Source: Sphagnum compactum | Taxonomy: Eukaryota | Reading direction: 5' to 3' | NCBI GenBank assembly: GCA_965153455.1 | Contig: OZ234493.1 | Coordinates: forward strand, 24,170,213 to 24,234,212 | Length of the DNA: 64,000 nucleotides | Shown: positions 1 to 11,620 of the stretch, piece by piece | Position numbering within the stretch: the first letter of the stretch is position 1 | Layout: the number at the start of each line of letters is the position of its first letter | Translations under genes and position numbers: made by a program | Notes under the pieces: model-generated | Told to the model about the DNA's origin: nothing | Database searches by the model: none | What the model saw: the letters and a program-made list of their open reading frames with translations, nothing else

Positions 1-247
1 GTGAGTGAGGCCCCAGATAATAGTGCCTCTATATTTAGCCCAGGAAATTTGTAATTTACAGTCCGAGACCCTGGTTTTGTCTGTCTTAGGATGGTATATT
101 TTCTCAAGCAACCAATCCAAATGCAGGGTACCCAATCTGGTACGGTACACAGTGAGTAAATTTTTAGTTCTTGGCAAGTGTGAAAATGGCATTTTGTGCC
201 CTCAGAATGTAATGGTTGTCTCTTTTGGTCTGAGCTTCACCCCAAAT

Positions 248-535
248 ATGGAAAAGGTTGCAATTGTGCTCTTTGGGATGGTGCTCGGTTATTTATTCTT
301 ATGTAGAGTGCCAAGTTTTCCACCTTCTGAAGGAAACAGGGTTTTCCAAGCAGGTGGAAATGTTACCAGGATATACCCGGATTGATAGAGGTGTTATGGA
401 AAAGGTTGCAATTGTGCTTTGGGGATGGCTTTGGTTATCATATTCTTATTTGAGAGTGCCAAGTTTTCCACCTTCCTAAGGAAACAGGCAGGCTCTCCCA
501 AGCAGGTGGAAATGTTGCCAGGATATACCCGGATT
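248..535. repeat. ~150-bp tandem duplication
   Basis: ATGGAAAAGGTTGCAATTGTGCT...CCAGGATATACCCGGATT occurs at 248-383 and 397-535. Confidence 0.9.
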
Positions 536-2494
536 TTCATCATTGCCCAGTGCTGGGGGTGGGTACCAAGCTGCAACCCTGGGTATATAGCACTGCTCCT
601 GGTATCAAAGAAGCAACCACACTGGTATGACCTGAGGCAACAAACACCAACCGCGTGGGTACCAGTACACCTGCCTGGAAGTGACTTGAGGCAATACTAA
701 TTTAATACCAAAGGCTAGATTGACTCAGTACCCGGTAAGTATTAGTGTTGGCTGGTTATTGGTTCTTTTTCAATATCTGGTGGGCTGGTTACCACTTGTA
801 AATTTTTTTAATTTTGGCTTATGCACAGGTAATCAAATAATCAGATTTTTGAGATTCACCTAGTATCAATTTACTGCAATGGTCAATCAACCAGGTTACT
901 AATATTTTAAAAATTTGTTGGGTAAGAAGTACCTGGTATGCACAAGAAGGGCTGGCTTTCACAAGAAACTATTTGAGAACAATTGAATACAGTTAAATTT
1001 TTATTTTGATTTTCCTAAAGACTTATCCCACCCAACAACACTAGTGCACAAGTACTTTCCCTGCTACACAATGTTCAATTATGTCAACACTTGCATAATA
1101 ACCCTTGAACCCTAATCATGGGATGGAAGATTCAATTATATATATAAATGGAAATATACTTTGAACTCGTGGTCCTTCTCAAGAGAGAGATGAAGTAATT
1201 TGGTGACTATTTCCCAATCCGTTGGCATAATTCACATCAATTATGTTTATTTAATTTGGGGCTTGCTCTGGACTTATTCTTTTTAGTGTCCCCTATTTCA
1301 AACTCTGTTTAGCCTCCCCGGATCTGAATCAATAACTGCCTTGGGTGAATTTTAGTGGGCCCTGTAAGGATATAGGTAGGGTATATCATACCTGGAACTT
1401 GGACCCAGATTGATAACTGAGTTGACTCTCAAGAACTTTGAGCCAAACATTGTTTTTTTTTAAATAATCCATTGGGTGGGTTATCAAAAAAGTTGAGTAA
1501 TATCATTTGTTATGCATAAGAAATTAATAACTGTCAGTTAACCTGCTGCTTATACACCAGTTATACTAGGATTTCTATTTTATAACTTTATAATCTTATA
1601 TTATTATTATTATGATTTAAAGATTGATAACCTACTTGGATGATAATTGAATTGTATAGTAGGTTATTAGATTTTCAAATTTCAATACTAGATAGTTATC
1701 AATTTAAACAGCATAGTTCTTAATGTAAGCAATACAAGAGTACTGCTACAATTCTTTTTCCTCCAGTCTGCTCCCTTTTTTCACCTTAGCAATTACAGAC
1801 ATGTTTTGGGTCCATGTCATACACATTTGGAGTGCGAGGGCTATGTAACATGCTACAAGACTCTTGGCACATGCTACCCGGAATGTCATGAGGCCCTTGG
1901 TACTCATAACATGGGAGGTTATGGTGCAAAACATGACAAGGTGAAAAAGAACAGGGCAAAGGCGAGATTGAGGGGGGGGGGGGGGGGGGGGGAGAATTGC
2001 AACAGAATTCTCGTACTGACTGCAATAACAACTATGTGCACATGTAATATTAGGGGACCTGCCACGTACTAGCCAAAAATCAGCCATGGACTCAAATACC
2101 AGGAGGATCATGCTGGTATGAAAGTTTGAAAAAGATCCAGTACCAATCCCAGGCTGGGAGCAAATTTTCAAAAAACCTTCTATACCAGTTGGTATGTTCA
2201 AAAGCTGTTACCCACCCCACCCAGCACAGTTGTTTCCTCAACAAGTGTCAGCAGCATAAACTATAGGGGAATGGCCTCAAAGGAAGGAAGTCAGTTTGGG
2301 TTCCTGCTGCCATCTTTCATCAGGCTGTAAGCTTGGAGGCTCATAAAATCTTTCAAATATCTTGTGGTCACGGCTAAGTTGGATGGGAATTGACAACTAG
2401 GTTCATGACATATGTTGATTCCATGTGGCAAGGTTATGGTTCTTTGCAAATGGAGGTTTTGGGGTTGGATGGGAAGTCCCTTGCTCTCAACTAA

Positions 2495-2617
2495 CAGGAG
2501 GCCACATGTAAATTGCATTCCATTTGGGAAGTGTCTTGGTTATGAGTAAACCGCCAGGAGGCCACATGTAAATTGCATTCCATTTGGGAAGGGTCTTGGT
2601 TATGAGTAAACCGCCAG
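2495..2617. repeat. 60-bp near-perfect tandem duplication
   Basis: CAGGAGGCCACATGTAAATTGCATTCCATTTGGGAAG(T/G)GTCTTGGTTATGAGTAAACCGC x2, one mismatch. Confidence 0.95.
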
Positions 2618-3323
2618 TTGATTGTCATAGACATGGGACCCAACCCAACCGGCCACCATGTTGAGCGGTGCATTTGCTGATCTTTCCAAGTTCTCAACAG
2701 TGACATGTCTTATACTCCGATCTTTAGGCGGATGAGACGTTTTGAACTCTGATCTTTTGGAGAGATTACAATGCACTACGATTGCATCACACTACCCAAC
2801 AAGTGCTTCTAGTGCTTTTCTTTGTTCCTTTTCTTTTTGGGGTGGGGATGAGGATGCTGTTGTTCAACGTACCTCACCCAAAATGAACCAGACAACACCA
2901 GACAACTTGTTCTATTCTAATAAGGAATGGTGGGGTACTACTGGGGTGCAGCATCACATATGCTCAACACCCCGACCCTTCCTCCACAACAAAAAGAGAA
3001 CCCAAGGGTCCTTTATCTGTAGATCATGTGCCTTCCAATATTTATGGTTAAAAAGTCCCCTCCACCAGACTCATAGAGAAAGAATATTGTTTGTGGGGAT
3101 GGAGTGAGAACGTACATCCTTTGTCTCACCCTGCCAAAAGAACAGTTTGGACAGAACTGGGGCACCACAACCACTTGCCCCTTCACCAGAACAAACTAAA
3201 GTGGGAGAATACAGTGGTGGGGCACCATGGGGAGTTCCCATACACATTATAACCACCAAGAACAATTGCTAACTGAGAAAGAAAACAAAATCATATCCAG
3301 TCATGATAAATGACAGAAGGAAT

Positions 3324-4283
3324 TCTATATAGTATAGGACGTCGTGGTCGTGAAGCTTTGGGATGAAATGAAGCTTTCCATCCGTCCATCCGTCCTCCAT
3401 CTCGTCATCCGTCCGTCATCCATCCAAACAGAACAAATATATATTCAAAAAAGGGAATAAACTAATAATAATAATAAAAACAGAAAACACTTTAACAATT
3501 AGAAACTTTTTGTAAACACTTAAACATGAAACAAAAAAGGGAAATACAGTAAAATAATCTTAAAGGAAAATTAAAAAATAGATGACAAAAAATAAGAAAC
3601 AAAACAGAGAGCAAAAGAAAGAGAAAAAAAACCATACTTGAAAAAAAAATGAGATTTGTCTTCTTTTTCCAAACTTCAAACCTGCATCTAATCAAACAAA
3701 AATAATTTTTTTAAAAAAAATTATTTTAAAACATATTAGAAAAACTATAATTTTTTGGGAAAAGAAAATAGAAACTAAATAAAATAAATAAACGCATAAA
3801 AATAGAAAAATAAAATGAAGATAGACAAAATAAGAATAGAAAAAATTAAAACATGAAACAAACATAAACAAAAAAAAAGTAAAAACACAAAAACTATAAA
3901 AAAAGGAATGGAAACAAATGAAACAAGGAAAGGGAAATACAGTAAAATCGTTTTTAAAAAAAATTACAAAAAAGAAGAAACGAAATAAAGAGTAGAAAAT
4001 AAGAAAAAATAAAACTTATAGTAATGAAGAAAAACCCTACTTGAAAAAGAATGAGTTGTGTCTTCTTTCTCCAAACTTCAAACTTGCATCCAAGTAAACA
4101 AAAAAACAAAAGTGAAAAAGAAACACTTTATTTTTATTATACAAAATAATAATAATAATAATAATAACAGAAACACATAAAAATAAAAAATAAAAAAGAT
4201 AAAAGTTTTTTTTAAAAATTAAAACATGAACCAAACATTGTTGAAATAACACACATGTGCATTAGGCATGGGGTTCAAACTAG
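3324..4283 (+). mobile_element. probable non-autonomous Helitron-like element with A-rich ~420-bp internal repeats
   Basis: 5' TCTATATAGTATA and 3' degenerate hairpin CATGTGCATTAGGCATG ~10 nt before CTAG|T (4280-4283). Internal unit ...TTCTTTYTCCAAACTTCAAACYTGCATC occurs at ~3660 and ~4065. The 5' flank is T rather than the canonical A. Confidence 0.45.
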
Positions 4284-5229
4284 TTGTATTGTAATCTCAA
4301 TGATGATCCACTATCCATAACAACGTAATCTCAGGGGCAGATAAATTCACCCCATATATTCAATTAAAATTTGAGTTCTCCAGGTGAAAAGCTTGTCTTC
4401 CATAGTGGACTCCATCGTCAAACCTCTGGCCTCTTCAAAACAACAGGAGGGTGACACAATCCTTGGCCCACCAAGTTGGATACAGTGACAAATTTTGCAA
4501 AGCAGTTTAGGAACTTTCATAATGTTCGCATAATTAAGTTTTAATAACAAATTTTGACATAATAAATTATTGTAATGAAAACAAAGTCTATTTGGAATGA
4601 CATAAGTTGGCTGTGTTTTTTTTATTTTGGGTGAAAATCAATATAATCTCCACTACAAATGATGAGCCATTATGCTTTTTTCTTTACATTAAAAAAAGAA
4701 GCATAATAGGACATAGGAGCCAGCCCTTCATTTGCTCAAGTAGATAGCTTCATCCTTTTCACTCCTCTAGAAGAAATATCGTTAGGTTTTATGTGAGATA
4801 TGGCAGCCCTTTCCTTGTGATTAGCTTTTATTTGTTAGCCTTCACTCCTTCATGGACGCCTCTGCTTTTTGTTTTGTCAATATCATACCTGGCATTATCC
4901 TTTTACAAAAGGTAATTCTTAGATCTACATGAAAAATAAATATCAATGACAAACCTACTAGTTATTACATCAACAAAAATATTCATTATATATACCAATT
5001 GTTATAGCATTAAACATATCTATATTGATATTTGTGCATCATCAATTGTAACTATGGTTACCTACATCAGACAATTTTTCATGGCTCTCTACTACCAATT
5101 TTCATCTGGTATTCATTTTGGTAGACATATATATTCAATGACCAATCATGCAACTACCATATAACCATCTAATATGATGAAACCTTACAAACCTTTATTA
5201 CAGGAAAAAATCAATCCAAAAGGGTAAAG

Positions 5230-6108
5230 GGAGAGAAAAAATGAGTATCACCATTCAAAAGCACCTTATGTCCTAAAGCCTTCACTAGCAAATCAGACAA
5301 GGAAGTGAGCAAGGGAAAATTTAAAAGAGCACTTAGCTTGGAAAGGGCTTCCTTAGCAACAGCAACTTGTTTCAATATGGAGGCTACCTAAACTCTTTGC
5401 AAAACCGTTGACACCTTCTACCTATAAAATGTGTGTACCAAAATGAATACCAGATGAAAATGCCCTTGGCTAATCACATCATGTTAGCACATCGATGAAA
5501 AATATCATCAACGTATTGGTGTAAGCACCCAAGTACTTTTGTGGCAAGAAGGATAGACACATCCACTAGGTGCCAATCATGATAGAGCCTTTCCTTTACT
5601 CGGATTACAATTGTCACAATCATTTCCCAATGAATGGTAGCTTGTGAAACTAAATCTATTTTAGTGGCATTAACAATGATGACATTAACTAGAATGTGAA
5701 CCTATCAATGGAGAACATGATATCAACCCATTGAGGTGTGAAGATTGAAGGGAAGACAATGGGAAGATGATGAGAGGTTGTTCACATGAACCTCAATATC
5801 TTTGGCAATGAAATCAACAGCATCTCAAGCAACATCGAGGGAGGTAGTGTGTTCCCCTGCATGAGAACATCAAAGAAAAATGTATCCCCATTGGGTCTAT
5901 AGGCTGACAATGGGAAGATGATGAGAGGTTGTTCACATGAAACTCAATATCTTTGGCAATGAAATCAAAAGCATTTCAAGCAACATTGAGGGAGGTAGTG
6001 TGTTCCCCTGCAGGAAAACATCAAAGAAAATGTATCCCCATTGGGTTTATAGGCTAGCCACATATGCAACGGGTTAAACTAAAAGCTACTAAATGAGGGA
6101 GACCTAAC
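5230..6108 (-). pseudogene. 3' part of a decayed RLE-type (CRE/R2-like) non-LTR retrotransposon ORF (zinc knuckle and restriction-like endonuclease region)
   Basis: Minus-strand remnants INPMGIHFL*CFPAGEHTTSLNVA*NAFDFIAKDIEFHV, VDIMFSIDR..VNVIIVNATKIDLVSQA and LHQYVDDIFHRCANM fit the CCHC + PD..D RLE tail pattern from memory. Confidence 0.6.
5755..6055. repeat. ~150-bp tandem duplication within the non-LTR relic
   Basis: GACAATGGGAAGATGATGAGAGG...CCCCATTGGGT(C/T)TATAGGCT occurs at 5755-5905 and 5906-6055. Confidence 0.92.
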
Positions 6109-6598
6109 TAGTGTTGGGCAAATATCCAAATATCAAGCCTAGATATTAGCCCAAATATCACCCATGATATTTCAGTGGATGTCATTTTGGGTGGTATCTA
6201 ACTTGTCAAATATCCATTATGTGATATCATGTTCTTTGATATCTAAGGTCTATGTTATATACAAGGATCCTCATATCCAAGTCGAATATCAAATTCAAGT
6301 TTGGATTAGGATATCAAGTTAGTAATTAAGTTAATAATTAGGTTAGTAAATGATTAGGTTAGGAAAAAGAAAAAAGTTGTAGTTTGCAGCCACCACAACT
6401 TAACATTTTTCTTAATTTCTAATTTGTCGTGATGTGTAGGGTCGTGACGTTCGGTGTCGTAAGGGTGTAAATCCATAGTAAACTCTACTGAACAAAAAGA
6501 CTAAAACCAGTCAAAGGTAGAAACTAATCAACCAAAAATAGATGCACGCACATATATATACAATGCACAAGAGGAGGTAGAGATGAAATTCTCATGTA

Positions 6599-6610
6599 TC
6601 CCCCCCCCCT
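6599..6610 (-). promoter_or_regulatory. polypurine tract (candidate plus-strand primer)
   Basis: AGGGGGGGGGGA on the minus strand, ~40 bp after the pol stop and ~175 bp before the element's 3' end, where a Gypsy PPT normally lies. Confidence 0.6.
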
Positions 6611-6651
6611 AGACCTGAGCCAGGAAAAGCGTGGCATGGTCTGAATAGAAA

Positions 6652-6825
6652 TCAAACTATTGCAAGAGAACATGATGAACAGTACCAAATGCTGGCAGGA
6701 ACTTGAATGAGCTCCGGCTTGAGGCAAAATAGATGGTATCCACCATTACAATTATCGCAAAGCAGCATCTGATCAGCATCGTCTGTCCTCTGACATACTT
6801 GACATAGATAGTCAAGTGGAGGAAT
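6652..6825 (-). pseudogene. PHD finger (C4HC3) at the integrase C-terminus; not in the ORF track
   Basis: In frame after the TAG at 6826-6828 (probably a mutated TGG): IPPLDYLCQVCQRTDDADQMLLCDNCNGGYHLFCLKPELIQVPASIWYCSSCSLAIV*. All eight zinc ligands and the conserved W before the last CxxC are present. Confidence 0.93.
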
Positions 6826-8000
6826 CTAAGTCGGCGTGATGATGGTAGGATCTAAGTTCGGCAGGTGGCAAGGCGCACAGTTTTTGGAGTGATCTCGAAT
6901 TGTGCGTCCGTCAGCTCTTTGCAACTTCAACACACCTAAAGGCTTGATCGCCTTAATCCTCAAGATAGTGTGATCAGAAGAAACGTCTAGAGTATCATTA
7001 GGTTGCCGCTGGAGATACACAAAGTCACCAACATCAAATTGTTTCACCTTAGGTTTGTAAGTGCCATTTTGTGTGTGTGCATACCATAAGGTGTCTCGAT
7101 GTTGTGCAATGGACAAGTTCTCCATGGCCATGGGCATAACCCTCCTCTACGATGACCCTAGCCCAAATGGCTGGGGAGTCCAAGTCCACAACCTGGTCCA
7201 TTTGAGTAGCAATGGAAGAAGGTGGAATGGGATGTTTCCCAAAAAGTAGAAAGTAAGGAGAGAAATGAGACAAAAAGGCGTGTTTGGACATCCTGTAACC
7301 CATGGCGATGTAAGGTAGGGCCAGGTCCCAATCCTCTTTGTTCCTAGTGAGGCAAATCTTCCGAAATCCCTTCTTACATGTCTGAACCATCCTCTCTACG
7401 AGCCCATCAGGTTGGGGATGATCCCTTGAAGTCCGGCGATGGTCAATGAGAACATGATCAAGTAGGTCTTGGAATTCTCCTCTGAATTCTGATCCTTTAT
7501 CAGTAAGGCACTCAACATAAGCCCCAAACCTACTTAAGACTTGTTGTAAGAAAGCCTAGCTGGTGTTGTGTGATGACTTGTCTGGCAACGCAACAAGCTC
7601 GACCCACTTTGAAAAATGCTTAATCATAATCATGATGTAGACATTACCCTTGGAGGTCTGTGGTAACTTTTTAGCTAAATCAGATGACTAGAATATGCCT
7701 TAAATAGGGAATGGAAAAAGCATGAGCTGTCGAAAGGAGAAAAAAGTTCTCACTCTATCACATTGTTCACACCTAGCAATGACGTCTCGAACTTGAGCAT
7801 ACATACCTCTCCAATGGTAATGAGGAGCGAGAAGGCTATACGTACGCTTAACACGAAAGTGCCCAAGCTCCGACTGTACCTTCTGAATAAAACCAAGCCA
7901 TTCATGTGGTGGAGGAACCACTATGTCGCCTTGTGGTAAGCATCGGACGAGGTGATTGTCCCTCCATGGGTAGCTTTTGGACTGTTGTTGTATGCGATCT
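6826..8000 (-). pseudogene. DDE integrase with HHCC zinc-binding domain and SH3-like C-terminal region
   Basis: SELGHFRVKRTY...HWRGMYAQV...CEQC. Core DLAKKLPQTSKGNVYIMIMIKHFSKWVEL, VLTDKGSEF, HPQPDGLVERMVQT, WDLALP..MGYR, SPYFLLFG. Then FDVGDFVYL. Confidence 0.93.
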
Positions 8001-8248
8001 CGATGACTTGATGTAACTTGGGGAGGGTGTTCCCCATGCTGAAGAAACCTCAAAGTGTCCAAGTCCTCCCATATATCCACAATGGGATGTTCAACCAGGT
8101 TACGTTGCAATAGTGCAAGATAACTAGATGCATAAGATACATGTATAGCTGGAATCTGGTCGAAGTCTTGCCTGGCTTCTGAAAAATTTTCAGAAGTAGT
8201 GAGGGGTCTTTGTGACATGGTATCCACGTTCTGATGTGTAATACCAGA

Positions 8249-8600
8249 TTAGTGAATAACCTTGAACTCATACTCCTGAAGTATAAGTGCCCAACAAGCT
8301 AACTCACCAATAAACTTATCATTGGTCATCAACCATTTGATAAGCGGGTGGCTGATATACAAAGTGAACTTGGTGCCATAAAGATAGGGCCTGAAATGTA
8401 TGACAGCCCATACAACAGCAAGACACTCCCCCTCGTATGAAGAGTAGTTGCTTTCAGCCTTGTTGTTGCTTTGGGATGCATAGGCGATAACATATTCCTT
8501 GCCTTCTTCATCAAGTTGGCCGAGAATAACACTAATACCTAAAGCACTCCAATTAGTGTGTAGAATGAAGACCTTGCTGAAATCAGGTCTTCTCAAAATG
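8249..8600 (-). pseudogene. RNase H (Ty3/Gypsy type)
   Basis: PDFSKVFILHTNWS (TD>TN), VIAYAS, NYSSYEGECLAVVWAVIHFRPYLYG, WALILQEYEF. Confidence 0.93.
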
Positions 8601-8662
8601 GGGAACTCTGAAAGCTTTTCTTTGAGTGTGTTGAAAGCTTCCTAAGCTTCTTCACTCCATGT

Positions 8663-9420
8663 CTAAGCAACATCCTTATTTAAAAATGCATAAAGAGGAT
8701 GAACAATAGTCCTGAAGTCTTGGACATAAATCCTGTAGTAATTACATTGTTCGATGAAGCTCCTCAAAGTGTGAACATTAGTAGGATTGGGCATCTCCAA
8801 AATGGCTACTACTTTGGCCCAATGAGCCATAATACCATTTGACAAAATTCTATGGCCAAGGTAGACTACTAAGGTGATAGCAAATTCACACTTTTTAGGA
8901 TGGATCTTCATATTGACTTCATGGAGCCTCTTGAATAATTCCTCAAGATGAACCAAGTGCTACAGGAGTCCCTTGCTATGCACTAGGACGTCATCTATGT
9001 AGCACTTTAGGAAATCTGCCCCTTCGAGAACTTGGTCCATGATTCGCTGAAAGAAGACAGGTGCATTTTTCAATCCAAAAGGCATCACAAGCCATTCCCA
9101 CAACTTGTTGCTTCCATGGAATGCCGTTTTCTTGCGATCTTTTGCAACGAACACAATCTGGTTGAAGCCTTGTTTTAGATCCATAATTGTGAAGATGTTT
9201 AAGTCTCTAATGTTATCAAATAATTCTTCATCTGGCATTACTGTAGTGGCTGCGAAATCAAAACTTGATGGTTGAATGAGACTAGCCTCATGGAGCTTTT
9301 TGCATCTTTCATCTACCATTCATTCTTATTCAACCTATGCCTCCTCCGATAGATGGGTGTCTCATCTGTAAGGTCTATAGAGAACTGCATGGTCTTACAC
9401 CTACCTAAGTCTTTCATTGA
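8663..9420 (-). pseudogene. reverse transcriptase (Ty3/Gypsy type); disrupted with an internal deletion
   Basis: Motifs MDLKQGFNQI, KTAF, VMPFGLKNAPVFFQRIMD, YIDD (9001-8990), KCEF..VVYLGH and LRSFIEQCNYYRIYV. The usual K..R.C.DYR.LN...D.YP.P segment is missing between TTVMP and DEELFD. Confidence 0.95.
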
Positions 9421-9825
9421 GAATGCGAACACATTCTCATACTTAATTAGCAAGTCTGTGACCCGATCTCTTTCCTTCTTGGTGAGCTGGTTCCCCATAA
9501 CGAAAGGGTAGTCAAAAACACATGGAATGGAGTTGGAAAGTGTGTTTGAAGAACCTGGTGTATTGGGTTGTCCATTATCCAACTGCGTAGATTCGTAGAA
9601 GGTTGTAATTGTTTCTCCAGAAGCTGATGTACCTCCAAATGTATTAGAAACAACTTGAGTCAAATTACATGGTACCTCCTCCCCACCAACACTAAGAGTG
9701 AAGTGTTGAGTGTTGAAGATAGGCAAGTGTATTTGGTCGGGGTGCCATGTAGTCGCATCGCCAAAACTACAAGCTGATTGAATCAGTGCTAGTGTTGTGT
9801 ACATTTGAATGAGTACACAAGTTAC

Positions 9826-10770
9826 CAACAACCATGTAAGGGAGTTCAAATCCATGCCTCTCCCCAGTAGAACGTTATGCTCCAATCTAATCACCTTGGT
9901 GTGACTAGTAGTGCCAGTTTGGAACCCCATAGCCCTTTTTCTTTCTTCTAGGCTTGGTTCATCCCAAGTGGTTGAAGCATGATGATACACCACGCTTGGT
10001 CCATCTCCTTGAAAGGCGTGTGCTCTTGGGAAGGAGACAAAGTTGGGCCAAGCACCTCTTGGTTTTCCTATTGTGTTCGCAGGACACCAAGGAGGTTTTT
10101 CTTGCCTTGTAACTGGTTGGCAAGAGCTTTGATCATCCAATATGTGATAAACCTGCAGGTGGGGGTTTCTGATGGTGTATCTCAAAGCCAACTGCAGATT
10201 TAAGAATGGTGCAAGGTTGGTCCACCAGTTGCACAGTTGGTGCGCATAGGAACTGCATTGTGCCGCATCGAATAAGAGCGGTTCTCCAAGGTAATGCTTG
10301 ACCAGCGTGTAGTGCTCCTGGACTTTCTCCCTTTGGTCAAGTTGAAAATGGGTGTTCTCAATTACATAACCAAGTGTAGGAGAAATGGATTGAGCCTAGG
10401 TGATTAATCGTACCATGTCCGTGAAAAGATCCGATCTTGTGTCACTCAAATCTTTTCCAGATCCAACCGCTGAAAATCCTTGACATTCCCAACCTAAAAT
10501 GATGAAATCGACGAGGCCAAGTAATTCCATATGCTTCTTCTAAATTAGTTGTATGTCAGAGGGTAAGAAAGTGAAACTGGCCTTCCATGCGGTGGTTGCA
10601 AATTGTTGTGGAAATCTGGCTATGAGCTCCATCATTCTGATGCCGCCACTTGCCTTGCAATAGGATCAATGTCTACATAGAAATACTTCCGAACCACCAT
10701 CCTTGACTGTAGTAGGGCTTCGAGACCTATACCAATACCACCAAAGAGCTCTAGTAATGTAATCCCCTCT
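9826..10770 (-). pseudogene. C5 cytosine DNA methyltransferase domain (DNMT3-like) embedded in pol between protease and RT
   Basis: Manual translation gives the motifs in order. I: LLELFGGIG (10757-10731). II: YFYVDID. III: PSDI. IV: VDFIILGWECQGFS (Cys 10485-10483). V: RSDLF. VI: YVIENT (ENT 10359-10351). VII/VIII: FDAAQCSSYAHQLCNWWTNL. IX: EPSLEERKRAMGF. X: LLGRGMD. One frameshift (~10640) and two TAG stops. Confidence 0.93.
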
Positions 10771-10981
10771 TTAGGCGATGTCCAAGTGATTAGCTGACGA
10801 AGTACCAGTCTAATCGGTTCGCCATGGCTCTCCATGTTCTTAAAACTAGACAAAGTTTTGACCAAAGGCTCGTGGGCTGCTTTGAACCTCTATAAAATCT
10901 TTGGTCCGTGTTGAATGTTAGTAGGAACCACCCTCAAGCTTTTAGTAGCTTGGGCATAAGCTGTCTCCTCTTCATCTCCTT

Positions 10982-11458
10982 CTATCGACTCGTGGCTAGC
11001 TTGTTGGATGTAGGAAATGGTGTGTGCTTCCTTGAGCATACAATGGTGAACCATAGGATTATGGTTCCCATGTAAATCAAGGGTATGTATCCCAGGTGGT
11101 GGCCATTAGTCTCCCAATCCACTCGGTAGTACACATGCTCGAACCAATTGTCAATTGTGAAACTTGGTGGAAACAGGGCCTCTTGCCCAATGAGCACATT
11201 GTAACTGGTGGCATTTGTGACTAAACATTTGACCTGTAGGCAAAGCTCCTGATCTGTACTTTCATTGAAATTAAGTGCAATCAAATCTGAGCTCTCCCCA
11301 AATACCTCCTCTGCGCTCCCACTAGTAGTGCGAATTTGCCACATAGATTTTCGTAGTTTGGAGTCGAACATGCCCATCTTCTTGGCAAATTGAACTCTAA
11401 GAATCACTCGTTGGGCACCTGTATCAAGAAGTACCACTTTGGGTGTATATCCTCCCAC
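10982..11458 (-). pseudogene. retropepsin-like aspartic protease domain of pol
   Basis: PKVVLLDTGAQRVIL active-site motif and downstream YNVLIGQEAL (ILG-type motif). Confidence 0.88.
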
Positions 11459-11620
11459 CTAGATTGCTAACTCAATATTGTCAACAATGGCAACTCTGGT
11501 GGCGATGGAAGTTCTCTCACTAGGCACCACGTTCAAAAATGAATGAAAGACTTTGTGGAGAGAATGGCTATCCACAACGCCTTTGCTAAATAAGAAATCC
11601 ACAAGTGAAGTGTTCTTAGT

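Noticed and set aside
1746-3265. Several 60-150 aa ORFs, including poly-Pro/Gly ones
   Set aside because: No recognisable domain or consistent frame. The poly-P/G comes from a G homopolymer at ~1972-1992.
3492-4252. F/L-rich 'membrane protein' ORFs (also 14900-16107)
   Set aside because: They are translations of A/T-rich low-complexity repeat DNA.
9826-10770. Interpretation of the methyltransferase as a host DNMT3/DRM gene or a bacterial contaminant
   Set aside because: It is intronless, fused in frame within pol between protease and RT, has no DRM-type motif permutation, and shares the decay pattern of the surrounding element.
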